Both the position numbers and the translations under genes were made by a program. The notes beneath the pieces were generated by a model. That model worked only from the letters and a program-made list of their open reading frames with translations, made no database searches and was not told where the DNA came from. A stretch of DNA of 64,000 nt, from positions 21,948,001 to 22,012,000 of the forward strand of contig NC_043000.1 of NCBI RefSeq assembly GCF_006345805.1, written 5' to 3'. Source of the stretch: Octopus sinensis. Its lineage: Eukaryota. Below, in pieces: positions 50,391 through 63,559 of this stretch (the first letter of the stretch is position 1; each line of letters starts with the position of its first letter).

Positions 50391-51323
50391 TATGACTGTA
50401 CAAGTTTCACAACCATAATGTAGTGTAGCCACCACAACAGCTTTTTATATGTCAAGTTTTGTTTTTAAAGTCAGACTAGGTCTTTGACAAACCTTGTGAT
50501 GAGGATAGGCCATAGTTAGAAGGGGACAAGGGAGTGGGGGAAGAGAGAGATAAAAGACATTATAACAAAAGCAGTGACTTATGAGGATATTTTGATAGCA
50601 TTTTCAAGTGTCAACTTTTTAAATGATACTAAGACTGTGTTCATCCCCTAAACAATCCAAATTGGGTTCTTATTAAAAGAATCCTAGGGGTAATAGTCCA
50701 GAGGTCAATTGATATAATATTATAAAGAGTTTAAAAGAAAACAATAGCTAATACACATGCTGTCCGGAAACAGATGACAACGAGATAATGCAAATAAATG
50801 TGGCAGAGGATTAGAAAGTTGGAATTCATGACAATGTAAAAGAGCTTATCTAATCAGCTGTTTTGTTAGGGTGACATCATTCTTTTCATTGTACAGTGAT
50901 AAATGGAATCCAGAATCTACTATGGAAATTTCCACACACACACACACACATACATACACACACAAGTAATGATCTTAAATAATATAAGAATAATGGTTGT
51001 TTTCAATGGTTTCTGCTATTGGTAATATGTTACAAATTTAAAGAGGAATGGTATTGTCAATTGAATTAACCTCAGTAAATGATTGATATTTATTTTATCA
51101 AGCCCTGAAAAGAATTTGAACTTCAAACATAGGAGAAAAATGTAACACTGTTAGGCACTGAGTTCATTGTTGCCCCTGCATAACCGTTGTTAGCCAATAT
51201 TAAAGCTAAAACCTCTCCTATCCTCTATGAACCTCTATGTGGTCATTCAACCAGCAGGAAATAGCAACTAAATCTCTATCAAATTATACCCTGCCAACTT
51301 AGAACATATCAGACAATGTTGTT

Positions 51324-51603
51324 GTGGAGGCACATGGCCTAGTGGATAGAGCAGCGGACTCGCAGTCAAGGAATAGTGGGTTCGAATCTCAGACAAGGTG
51401 ATGTGTGTGTTTATGAGCAAAACACCTAAGATCCACATGACTCCGGCAGAAGGTAATGGCTAACTTCTGCTGACTCTTTCCTCCTGCATCTTGTAGCTCA
51501 CCTGCGATGGACCGGCGTTCCATCCAGGTGGGGAACCTATACGCCAAGGTAACCGGGAAACCGGCCCTTATGAGCCAGGCATGGCTCGAGAAGGAACAAA
51601 CAA
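51324..51603 (+). mobile_element. Full-length tRNA SINE with GCGATGGAC...TCCAG central motif
   Basis: 14-bp TSD CAGACAATGTTGTT (51310-51323 and 51604-51617), A/B boxes, ACAA tail; relatives at 52713-52934 and 61030-61275. Confidence 0.92.
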
Positions 51604-53003
51604 CAGACAATGTTGTTATGTATACACTATCATCATCATCACCATCAACTCCTGCACCTTACTGTCTTAAGTCCCAGGACTCAAAGAGCTGGCATCTAAG
51701 TAACCAAAATTACAACATTCCCCACTGAGGTCACCAGCCCATTGCAAGATTACAATTCATTTACAGCTGAGTGGACTGAAGCAATGTGAAATAAAGTGTT
51801 TTGCTCAAGAATACAATGCTCAAAGGCAGCAAACTGGCAGAAATGTTAGCACGCCGGGCGAAATGCTTAGTGGTATCTTGTCTGCCGTTACGTTCTGAGT
51901 TCAAATTCCACCGAGGTCGACTTTGCCTTTCATCCTTTCGGGGTCGATAAATAAAGTACCAGTTACGCACTGGGGTCGATATAATCGACTTAATCCCTTT
52001 GTCTGTCCTTGTTTGTCCCCTCTATGTTTAGCCCTTTGTGGGCAATAAAGAAATAAGAACACAATGCTCCACCCAGTCCAGGAATCAAACTCACAACCTT
52101 GAGATCATGAATGCAACAACCTAACCACTAAGCCATGCACCTTCACTCTGCCTGCAGAAAAAAGAAGAAAAACAGAAAAAGAAAAAGCAGGATGGTCACA
52201 GATGGAATGTCTTTGTTCTTAGGTTTGCCTGGTAAGAGTTTATTTGGGTGAATAAAACAATAACAACGATTATGTCAGGTCAGATATGATGCCTACTAAC
52301 ATGGTATAAGGACGAAATCATAGGGTCCCACGACCTCTTTTAGACACACAGGAAGAACTGAACTCAGGACAGTAGTTTTACACTGCTGCACTTTGCTTAC
52401 AATCATGGTACCTCTTTACAACTAGATGGACTGAGGTGTTCAGTAAATTCTTGATTGGCCAGTCACTGTTGTTAAATAAACCAGAAGTGGATTTACACTA
52501 TGAGCACAGGCATGGCTGCATGATTAACAGTTCACTTTGCAAGCATGCAGTTTCAAGTTCAGTTCCACCACACAGCATAGCACCTTGGGCAAGTGTCTTC
52601 TTGCTCAAAGTACCATGCAGATCAATCCTTCAGCAACCAATGTCTTGTGAGTGAATATAATAGACTGAAACTGTGTGCATATATATATGTGTGTGTTTCT
52701 GTGTGTGTGTGTGCGGAGGTGCAATGACCCAGTGGTTAGGGCAGCGGACTCACGGTTGTAGGATTGCAGTTTCGATTCCCAGACCGGGCATTGTGAGGGT
52801 TTATTGAGCGAAAACAGCTAAAGCTCCACAGGCTCCGGCAGCGGGTGGATGACGATCCCTGCTGTACTCTTTCACTACAATTTTCTCTCACTCTTTCTTC
52901 TGTTGACCTGCTCGCTTAGCCAGCGGGGTGGCGTTAGATTCACTTCAACATTTAAATTTAATTTGCAAAAATATTTTCATCGCTTTGAGACCGCGTTCAC
53001 TGA

Positions 53004-53706
53004 TGTTAGTTAGTTAGTTAATTTGGCTCAAAAGCAAATAGCAAGGCCATGTAGGGGGACATGGAGTTAAGAACAGGGTGGTGTTCATGTAAAGAGTTCA
53101 GGCCACTTGAGGTCCAGGGAGGCTTTGAACAAAGTGGTCGTCGGCATCTTCACCATCTCGTCTGGCAGCTTGTTCCACGGATCCGCAACCCGGACGGAGA
53201 AAGCTCCTCTCCTTCGATTGAGATGAAATCGTCGCAGGTAGAGCTTTTCGGAATGACCCCGCAGCCGACGCTCTGGAGCAGGAGTGAAGAACAGCTCTTT
53301 CGAGAGGTTACACTTTCCGCTTATGATGTTGTGGGCGAGAATGAGATCACCACGGCGGCGGCGTTTTTCAAGAGAATAAAGGTCGAGTGTCCTCTGCCTT
53401 TCTTCGTAGGACAAATTTTTGAGACCATGAACCATGCGGGTAGCCAGCTTCTGGACTCTTTCGAGATGCTGTATGTCTTTGAGGAGATAAGGAGAAGAGG
53501 CTTGAATCCCATACTCCAATATGGGTCTCACCAGCGTGACATAGAGTGGTAGGAATATGGCTGCTTGAGCATTCCGAATGACCGTCGAATCAAGAACAGA
53601 ATTCCGCGTGCTTTGTTGGCAGCATGGACGCACTGGGCCGAAGGCGAAAAGGAGGAATCCACCAAGATACCCAGGTCCTTTACCTGATCAGTCCTCTCCA
53701 GCAGGA
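53004..53706 (-). mobile_element. Young 5'-truncated CR1 LINE
   Basis: VKDLGILVDS...LYVTLVRPILEY...LERVQKLATRMV...LEKRRRRGDLI...WNKLP; one frameshift; (CTAA)n tail; 9-bp TSD GTTCACTGA. Confidence 0.95.
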
Positions 53707-53932
53707 GTTCACTGACAAAATTCCACGCTGCATCTCAGTGAATTTTGTTAGTGAATAGGTCGCAGTCTGAAAGCGATGAAAATATTTTGGCAAATTAAAT
53801 TTAAATGTTGAAGTGAATCTAACGGTTTTTGTGTGTTTCTTAAATGGCTTATAAACACCTTCCATTCTGTAATTGTTTTCGTTCCAGCACATGATCTCAG
53901 ATCAGGTCACTTGCTATGCAAGTACATCTCTG

Positions 53933-53971
<39 letters not shown>

Positions 53972-54277
53972 CATACATATATATATGTGTGAGTGTGTTA
54001 TGTCTGTGTTTGTTCCCCCACACACACACATACACTTGTTTAAGTCCTCATAACTTAGTGGCCTGGCAAAAGAAGCCGACTGAATAAGTACCCAGTACTA
54101 GTAGATTGATTTGTCCAAATAACCCTACAAGGTGGTGCTCCAGCATGGCCACATTCCAACGACCATATTGTTTCTAAAATGTACTGTCAAATTTTTCTAC
54201 CAAATTAATGACAAGAAAATAAGTTTATTGTCACATGAGTGGAATTTGTAAAGTATTAAGAACATATTAAGAACATA

Positions 54278-54678
54278 GGCGCAGGAGTGGCTGTGTGGTA
54301 AGTAGCTTGCTAACCAACCACATGGTTCCGGATTCAGTCCCACTGTGTGGCATCTTGGGCAAGTGTCTTCAACTATAGCCTCGGGCCAACCAAAGCCTTG
54401 AGAGTGGATTTGGTAGACAGAAACTGAAAGAAGCCTGTCGTATATATGTATATATATGTATATATGCATGTGTGTGTGTGTTTGTCTCCCTAGCATTGCT
54501 TGACAACCGATGCTGGTGTGTTTACGTCCCCGTCACTTAGCGGTTCGGTAAAAGAGACTGATAGAATAAGTACTGGGCTTACAAAGAATAAGTCCCGGGG
54601 TCGATTTGCTTGACTAAAGGCGGTGCTCCAGCATGGCCGCAGTCAAAATGACTGAAACAAGTAAAAGAGTAAAAAGAG
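54278..54678 (+). mobile_element. Near full-length CORE-like tRNA SINE; another copy at 58126-58515
   Basis: GGCGCAGGAGTGGCTGTGTGG head, CTTGGGCAAGTGTC motif, internal TA/TG tract, AAAAGAGT tail. Confidence 0.92.
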
Positions 54679-54829
54679 TATATTTGAAATATAAAAAAAC
54701 ATCCACAATGCTTTGGAATGTCTGCTTCTCTCACTTTATCAATACAGAAAATAAAATAATCAGCAATTCTGCTTTACATTGGTTTCTTAATGGTGAATTC
54801 ATCATCACCATCATCATTGTGTTAAATTC

Positions 54830-57320
54830 TTTTCATATTTGCAAGTTTCCCATGCTTGCAAGGGTCCAGTTTCCAATGCTTGGAAGGGTCCAATTTCCCA
54901 AGCTTGTAAGGGTCCAGTTTTCCATGCTTGCAAGTGTCCAGTTTCCCAAGCTTGTAAGGGTCCCGTTTTCCCTGCTTGGAAGGGTCCAGTTTCCCATGCT
55001 TGAAAGGGTCCAGTTTCCCATGCTTGGAAGTGTTCAGTTTCCCATACTTGCAAGGGTCCAGATTCCCATGCTTGCAAGGGTCCAGTTTCCCATGCTTGCA
55101 AGTGTCCAGTTTCCCATGCTTGCAAGCATCCACTTTCCCATACTTGAATGGGTCCAGTTTCCCATGCTTGGAAGGGTCCAGTTTCCAATGCTTGCATGGG
55201 TCCAGTTTCCCATGCTTGGATGGATCCAGTTTCCCATGCTTGCAAGGGTCCAGTTTCCAATGCTTGTAAGGGTCCAGTTTCCCAAGCTTGTAAGGGTCCA
55301 GTTTCCCAAGCTTGCAATTCCCCATACTTGCAAGGGTCCAGTTTCTCATGCTTGCAAGGGTCCAGATTCCCATACTTGCAAGTGTCCAGTTTCCCATGCT
55401 TGCAAGTGTCCAGTTTCCCATGCTTGCAAGCATCCACTTTCCCATACTTGAATGGGTCCAGTTTCCCATGCTTGGAAGGGTCCAGTTTCCAATGCTTGCA
55501 TGGGTCCAGTTTCCCATGCTTGGATGGATCCAGTTTCCCATGCTTGCAAGGGTCCAGTTTCCAATGCTTGTAAGGGTCCAGTTTCCCAAGCTTGTAAGGG
55601 TCCAGTTTCCAATGCTTGCATGGGTCCAGTTTCCCATGCTTGGATGGATCCAGTTTCCCATGCTTGCAAGGGTCCAGTTTCCAATGCTTGTAAGAGTCCA
55701 GTTTCCCAAGCTTGTAAGGGTCCAGTTTCCCAAGCTTGAAATTCCCCATACTTGCAAGGGTCCAGTTTCCCATGCTTGCAAGGGTCCAGATTCCCATGCT
55801 TGCAAGGGTCCAGTTTCCCATGCTTGGAAGGGTCCAGTTTCCCATGCTTGCAAGTGTCCAGTTTCCCATGCTTGCAAGGGTCCAGTTTCCCATGCTTGCA
55901 AGGGTCCAGTTTCCCATGCTTGGAAGGGTACAGTTTCCCATGCTTGCAAGTGTCCAGTTTCCCATACTTGAATGGGTCCAGTTTCCCATGCTTGCAAGGG
56001 TCCAGTTTCCCATGCTTGCAAGGGTCCAGTTTCCCATGCTTGGATGGGTCCAGTTTCCCATGATTGGATGGGTCCAGTTTCGCATGCTTGGAAGGGTCCA
56101 GTTTCCAATGCTTGTAAGAGTCCAGTTTCCCAAGCTTGTAAGGGTCCAGTTTTCCATGCTGGCAAGTGTCCAGTTTCCCAAGCTTGTAAGGGTCCAGTTT
56201 TCCATGCTTGAAAGGGTCCAGTTTCCCATGCTTCCAAGGGTCTTGTTTCCCATGCCTGCAAGTGTTCAGTTTCCCATGCTTGCAAGTGTCCAGTTTCCCA
56301 TGCTTGCAAGGGTCCAGTTTCCCATGCTTGCAAGTGTCCAGTTACCCATGCTTGCAAGGGACCAGTTTCCCATGCTTGGATGGGTCCAGTTTCCCATGCT
56401 TGCAAGGGTCCAGTTTCCAATGCTTGGAAGGGTCCAGTTTCCCAAGCTTGTAAGTGTCCAGTTTTCCATGCTTGCAAGGGTCTTGTTTCCCATGCCTGCA
56501 AGTGTTCAGTTTCCCATGCTTGCAAGTGTCCAGTTTCCCATGCTTGCAAGTGTCCAGTTTCCCATGCTTGCAAGGGTCCAGTTTCCCATGCTTGGATGGG
56601 TCCAGTTTCCCATGCTTGGATGGGTCCAGTTTCCCATACTTTGATGGGTCCAGTTTCCAATGCTTGCAAGTGTCCAGTTTCCCAAGCTTGTAAGGGTCCA
56701 GTTTTCCATGCTTGCAAGGGTCCAGTTTCCCATGCTTGGAAGGGTCTTGTTTCCCATGCTTGCAAGTGTCCAGTTTCCCATGCTTGCAAGTGTCCAGTTT
56801 CCCATGCTTGCAAGTGTCCAGTTACCCATGCTTGCAAGGGTCCAGTTTCCCATGCTTGGAAGTGTCCAGTTTCCCATGCTTGCAAGGCTCCAGTTTCCCA
56901 TACTTGAATGGGTCCAGTTTCCCATGCTTGGAAGGGTCCAGTTTCCAATGCTTGGATGGGTCCAGTTTCCCATGCTGGCAAGGGTCCAGTTTCCAATGCT
57001 TGCAAGTGTCCAGTTTCCCAAGATTGTAAGGGTCCAGTTTTCCATGCTTGGAAGGGTCCAGTTTCCCACGCTTGGAAGGGTCCAGTTTCCCATGCTTGCA
57101 AGTGTTCAGCTTCCCATACTTGCAAGGGTCCAGTTTCCCATGCTTGCAAGGGTCCAGATTCCCATGCTTGTAAGGGTCCAGTTTCCCATGCTTGCAAGTG
57201 TCCAGTTTCCCATGCTTGCAAGTGTCCAGTTTCCCATGCTTGCAAGGGTCCAGTTTCCCATACTTTGATGGGTCCAGTTTCCCATGCTTGGATAGGTCCA
57301 GTTTCCCATGCTTGCATGGG
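54830..57320. repeat. 24-bp minisatellite, about 100 units, consensus CTTGCAAGGGTCCAGTTTCCCATG
   Basis: Directly visible; 8-aa periodicity in the ORF track. Confidence 0.99.
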
Positions 57321-57509
57321 TCGAGCAGAGTTTATAGAAACAGATCTTCTGTGGCTAGATGCTCTTCCCACTCATTCATTCAGATGGTTCTGTGACAGTC
57401 TCTGAGACAGGCAAAGTTTTTCAGTTATTAAAGCTGAGATTAGACCAACTGTCTGAAATCAATAGACATTTCAGTTACTAGCTAGCATAGCATTATCCAT
57501 TTTGCTACA

Positions 57510-57899
57510 TCTCTATATATATAAAGCTGAAGTTGTCTGTGTATGATAGGTTTGGTAGCCTTCAACTAACACTATCTCCTCCAAGACCCTGCAGCGCAAG
57601 TTGACCAAAATTGAGAGTATGATAGAAGAAGGCTTGCTCTTCATTCTGTAGAAGATAAAATTCAAATCGGACCATGTTAACACCAAAAATTATTTATATC
57701 AAATAGGTGCTTTTTTTCTGTGAAAATCCCTGTTTTACGATTTTTTGACTGCTGTGTCGCCATTTTTCGGTGTATTTCAACCAGAAAAATGTTCACTTAA
57801 AGAGAATAACAAGCTACATAATGCAAAATTTTTACTTTTCAAAAATTCAAATTCTAAAGGGTCGAAACAAACCCGAGCAACGCTGGGCGATACTGCTAG
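57510..57899 (+). mobile_element. Non-autonomous Helitron
   Basis: A|TC start, CCCGAGCAACGCTGGG hairpin, CTAG|T end. Confidence 0.85.
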
Positions 57900-57937
57900 T
57901 TAAAGTAATGTCTGAATTGATTTTATTTCAAACTTAC

Positions 57938-58002
57938 CTGAATAAATTTCAACATTGATGGGTCTGGATCACTGGCCCAAATATTTGAAGGTTGAACAAT
58001 AC
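57938..58002 (-). CDS. PYCR: PYCR exon (GIVQPSNIWASDPDPSMLKFIQ)
   Basis: Polypyrimidine CAG acceptor, CAG|GTAAGT donor, phase 1 to 0; joins in frame to the 41809 exon; IxASDP motif. Confidence 0.9.
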
Positions 58003-60801
58003 CTGTTTGGGGTAGAAAAAGTGAATATTGGAATGTACTGAAACCCTGACTAAATTTTACATCACTTTCTTTATTTAAAAATGTTCAACATAAAATTCTA
58101 TAAAGCCCTTGTTATTTTAACATCTAGGAGTGGCTGTGAGGTAAGTAGCTTGCTAACCAACCACATGGTTCCGGGTTCAGTCCCACTACGTGGCACCTTG
58201 GGCAAGTGTCTTCTACGATAGCCTCGGGCTGACCAAAGCCTTGTAAGTGGATCTGGTAGATGGAAACTGAAAGAAGCCTATCGTATATATATATACATAT
58301 ATGTGTGTGTGTGTCTGTGTTTGTCCCTCCAATATTGCTTGACAACCGATGGTAGTGTGTTTACATCCCCATAACTTAGCGGTTCGGCAAAAGAGACCAA
58401 TAGAATAAGTACTAGGCTTACAAAGAATAAGTCCTGGGGTCGATTTGCTTGACTAAAGGCGGTGCTCCAGCATGGCCACAGTCAAATGACTGAAACAAGT
58501 AAAAGAGTAAAGAGTAATACATATACATTTAGTTATCTAGATCTCGCAGTAGCTCTTTAGTGAATCTCAGTAGTCTCAGGTCAGACCTATCCTTTACTTC
58601 CAAGATTTCCAATAGATACCTTCTACAATAAACTCCCAACACTTATCAATACTAATTCAAATATCTCACTTAAATACATAAGTCAAAATCTCTGAAACTC
58701 ACCCCCCCCCTTTTTTTTTACCAACTTTCTTTGATTCGCTTGATGCACCTTCTTCATCTCAAGTCATATAAATCTTCTGCACTTGTCATCACTGTTTTAA
58801 TGTTCACTTTTCAATGTTTGCATGCATCAAACACTCATCACTGATATTTTTCTACTACTGAGCATTAAACATAAACACGCTTCATACGATATATGACCTT
58901 TACAGTTAGAGAAACTTTTTGACACCAACACAGGTAACAACCTGCTAAATGTTTCCACCTAATTCTTAGCAATAATACTTTGACTATAACTATTTCTAAT
59001 ATTAATTACATCACTAAGGTGGTAAGCTGGCAGAATTGTTAGCACACTCGACATTTCGTCCAGCTTTATGTTCTGAGTTCAAATTCCACTGAGGTCAACT
59101 ATGCTTTTCAGCTTTCCAGGGTCAATAAAATAAGTACCAGTTGAACTCTGGGGAGGTGATGTAATCAACTTACCCCATACCAATTCTGAAATTGCTGACC
59201 TTGTGCCAAAATTTGAAATCAATATTAATTATTACATCACTTAACAGCAGAGACATGTTAGTCGGTCCATGGTTGTTCATGCTATCAACTAAACTGACAC
59301 ATTAAAATATCTGTCTTGGTCTTTAATAGTGAAAGTCCTGCCCCTACTCTTTACATGATGACAAAATTGAATGCAAAGTAAACACGACCATTTACAGAAA
59401 ACATTGCTTCACATGAGCTAGAATTCTAAATGTCATGAAAAGCTTGACACTAATGAAAATAAAAGAATCAATAAAAATACATTCAAGCATAAATTGCTTA
59501 GGACAAAATTTAGGGACATCAAATTCCTTATTGAATCCAGTGTCTCACATAACCACTTTTAGAATAACCTCAAATATGGACTGAAGCACTCTCACAGGCC
59601 ATTCCTTCATTACTTAGCCTATTCAATGCACACAAAACCAGAAAATGGGAGTTTCCAAAAACCTTCTCTGAAACTGATAAATGAAAAGTAGCATTGATTG
59701 ATCTCAGAAAACAACTTCAAAACTTTAAGAATCTCACCAAAGATACAACTTCTATGATTCCATATACCCGAACAAATCCAAACTGTAACCTAGCCAAGGC
59801 ATCTAAGTCCAGTTCTACATTTTCTGATGAGTTGTAGTGCACAGGAGCACTATATACAATAATTTCGCTATTATTCTTTTAGATCTTCATAATTTTCAAA
59901 ATTAATTGAAACAAAGGCAATGTATTCTAACAGAAATAAGGTAACAAAAGCGTTAAAGTGATCTAAATTAAAATCTTCCATCAAAATTTCATAATTTTAT
60001 GATCTCAACAATGGCTTAATAACAAAATGTATTTTACAAAATTCTTCATAACTTTCAAAATTATTTGAAACAAAACCAATGCATTTTCACAGAAATATGG
60101 TAACAAATGGGTTAACCCAGGGGGTAATTAAATATAAACAACTCTTAATTTGCCAGTGGATAATTATTTACTGTTTTTCTTGTGGCTTAGTCACATGTCG
60201 TCTTCCTTGGCCTAATTTTTTCCTGAGTATTAATTCTTTATTATTCCATGGCACATCTTCACTTATCTGTCATCAGTTCTTTGCCTAGCTTACACCCCAT
60301 TCTTACTTATTCATGTGAACTTCATGCACATACTATAGTGACATGCTTCAGAAGGTAATTTTTATACACAAAGGGTAATATATAGGTGTACAGCAAGGTA
60401 AAGCACCGATGGAAGATAGTTAAAGATGTGCTACAGAATAATGAAGAAGAATCACTCAGTAAAAAAATAGGTCAAGGAGGATTAAATACGACAGGATTTT
60501 AAAATGCTGCACAGAAAACATAACCAATCTTTACATGATGATGATGGTGGTGGTGCTGGTGAATATTCCAAGACAATAATGATAAAACACTTTACAAAAT
60601 ACTTATAAAAAATACACTGAATTATAAATACAATCTATGAAAAACAATAGTTAGAAATGTAAAGGTTACAAACAAGTTCAATATTAAATTAGTTTAAATA
60701 TCCCTAAAATGTCACAAATGTCACAGGCATAGGTTCATAGAGGAAGAGAAGTGTATGGGGGAGAATCCTACAAATTTCTCTATAATTGACTACAGGATGT
60801 A

Positions 60802-60843
<42 letters not shown>

Positions 60844-61349
60844 GGAAAGATGTTCTGGAGATGCTGAGGCTTGAATTAAATACAAACATTTGCTGTCAAC
60901 AAGCTAAAAAGCTAACCTAATTTTAGTCTTTGCAAGAAGACTCTCTGCAATAAAATAGATTTTTATTTTGTTTTCCAAAGATGTCATGAAATATAGAATT
61001 ACTATTTTACCAACAGTCAGTTCTACTATTCTACTAGTGAAGATGCATGACCTAATTGTCAGGGTGTTGTACCCACAATCATAAGATTGCAGTTTCGATT
61101 CCCAGACCGAGCAGTATGTGTTTTTGAGCAAAACACTTCATTTTGCATTGTTCCGGTTCGCTCGGCTATAAATGAGTAACTCTGCAATAGAATGGCATCC
61201 TATCCAGGGGAATGTTGTTATCTCAATCATTTATATGGCATAGAAACCAGGCAACTGGCCCTATGATTCCCAGAACTTCAGTCAGTAATTTCTAGGGGTT
61301 GATGATGGTGACTAGTTCTGCTATGAATTAGAATGTAAAACTATAAAAA

Positions 61350-61790
61350 TAGTTCCTTCTTCTTCTTTATGCCTTTAACCCTCCACTTATAGTTGAATTC
61401 CATGTTGCATAATTTTTGGCTTCTGTACTAATACTCTGCCATGAATGTCCCCCTTTCTCTAGTTCCTTTTGTGTTGATCTCCGCCACGAGTTCTTAGGCC
61501 TACCTCTCCTTCTATATCCATCCGGTTTCCACTGTAAAGCACTTTTCGCTATATTTAGTGTGTCTTTTCTAATTGTGCTACTAATCCACTTCCACTTTTT
61601 CTTAAATATTTGCTCCCTAATCGAGACTTCAATTGTTCTTTGCCATAGCTCCATATTGCTTATGTGTTCAGGCCATCTAATTTTAAGTATACTACGCAAG
61701 CATCTATTGATGAATGATTGTATTTGCTTATTTGACTTATTTGTCTCAGCCCCATACAATAACACTGCTTTTACGTATAAGAATAGTTTA
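61350..61790 (-). mobile_element. RTE-clade LINE 3' end
   Basis: LLYGAET...CLRSILKIRWPEHISN...RRRGRPKNSWRR; (GAA)n tail. Confidence 0.9.
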
Positions 61791-63559
61791 GCAGATATAT
61801 TTTGAAATTGCTACTTTTACTGAAATTTGTTTCCATTTGTGTCTCTTGTGATAACCGAATGCATTCATTTCATGTGTTTTTATACAAGCATGGCCCTGTG
61901 GGAAAGATGTTTGCTTCCCCTTCCCAACCATAGCATTCTAGGTTCACTTCCAAAGTGCAGCCCCTTGGATAAGTAGCTTTTACAATTCTACAATAGCCCC
62001 AGGCAAACAGCAAGGCAACTGTTCTTGTCCCTCTACCATACTTTAGCCTTCCAACACCTGATACAATGCCACCTCCTTCAATTCTACTCTCCCACAAGGT
62101 CAAGGGGTCTTGCCTTGCAAATTACTTGGTGACTTCACTAGTGCTGGTGCCACATAAAAAGCACCCAGTTACACTCTGTAAAGTGGTTGGTGTTAAGAAG
62201 GGCATCTGGCTGTAAAAACTATTTCAAAGCAGACTTTGGAGTTCAATGCAGTCTTATGGCTCATTAGATCCTCTTGAACCATCAAGCCCTTGCCAGCAAG
62301 GAACACAGATGTTAAATGATAATGATGATGATAATGAAACTGAAAGAAGCCCGTCATGTATAATGCAAGTAGAACAACAACTTCAACAATATTTCTGATA
62401 AAAGTAATTAAGACATCATCAGATGGATATTACTAAGATGAGTAACTGCTTAGTAAATTCATAAGGAAACTAGGCATGTTGCTGTTGTTTAACCCCAGAT
62501 TAACATTGGCCAAGTAGAACTATGAGTAAAGGCATTCCAGGTGTGACCACCTTGTCTTTTTTCAGCAATAGTGCATACAGGACCCCATCATGCAAGATGG
62601 TATGATTCAAGGAAGATTTTGACAGCTATTTCCAGCAGGGGTTCTCTCATTAGCTTAGAGCTAAGTCTGTGCTTTACATTCCTAAAGAAAGACAGAGAGA
62701 CAGGACAATTGTGTTGTGTATGCATTATGTCATTCAATAGGGGTCAGAAAAAAAAATAGCCATAAAAACCTTATTTATGGAAAGGTGACCTTTTATTTAC
62801 TTCTCATTAAATATACTTCGAATCTTCATTTTTTTTTTTTTTAAGCTTTTTACTTCTAGAATAGTCACCATCATCATCATCATTGTTTAACGTCCATTTT
62901 CCATGCTAGCATGGGTTGGACGATTTGACTGAGGACTGGTGAACCAGATGGCTGCACCAGGCTCCAATCTTGATCTGGCAGAGTTTCTACAGCTGGATGC
63001 TTAGGCCACAAGGTTATGGTCTCACTTGGCTTGCCAGGTCTTCTCAAGCATCTTCAAATATATCCTGTGCCAGAACAATGATTTAACAGTTAAGCAATAG
63101 TTAGCTAATAATTAACCAGTTGTTTTGAAGATTATGGTTACAAGTTTTTAATCATACTCATGTCAAATTAACTACTGGGATCAATAGACAATCAGCATGA
63201 TTACCAGAAAAAAGTGATAAATAATTTTTAGAACTCTGAGTATTCCTGTACATTTAACAGGAAACTGAGAGGAAGGCTCATATTATAGTCTGAGTTTTAT
63301 TTCATCGAAATCAACAGTTGTGTAGGTCACAGAGTACATACAACAGAAAGTTTGTTTATTTAATATTTAGTTATATCATATAAATACAAAATAAACAAAC
63401 ACTGTGTTTTTTTGTTGTTGTTCTTTTTTGGCTTTATAAATGTGTATAAAAATAACCTACATCTAACATACTGAATCTAATAATATAGTTACTCATTTAT
63501 TAATCTGTTAGTGCCAGTAGATGTTAACTAGTGCAGCAATACCCTTACTGGCTGTTATA

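Noticed and set aside
54830-57320. CRISPR-like regular repeat
   Set aside because: Head-to-tail units with no unique spacers, no cas genes, eukaryotic intron
59768-59849. Exon-like stretch (APVHYNSS...FVR) overlapping a CTGATGA
   Set aside because: Phase incompatible with the PYCR phase-1 intron, weak acceptor, and no GAAA for a hammerhead
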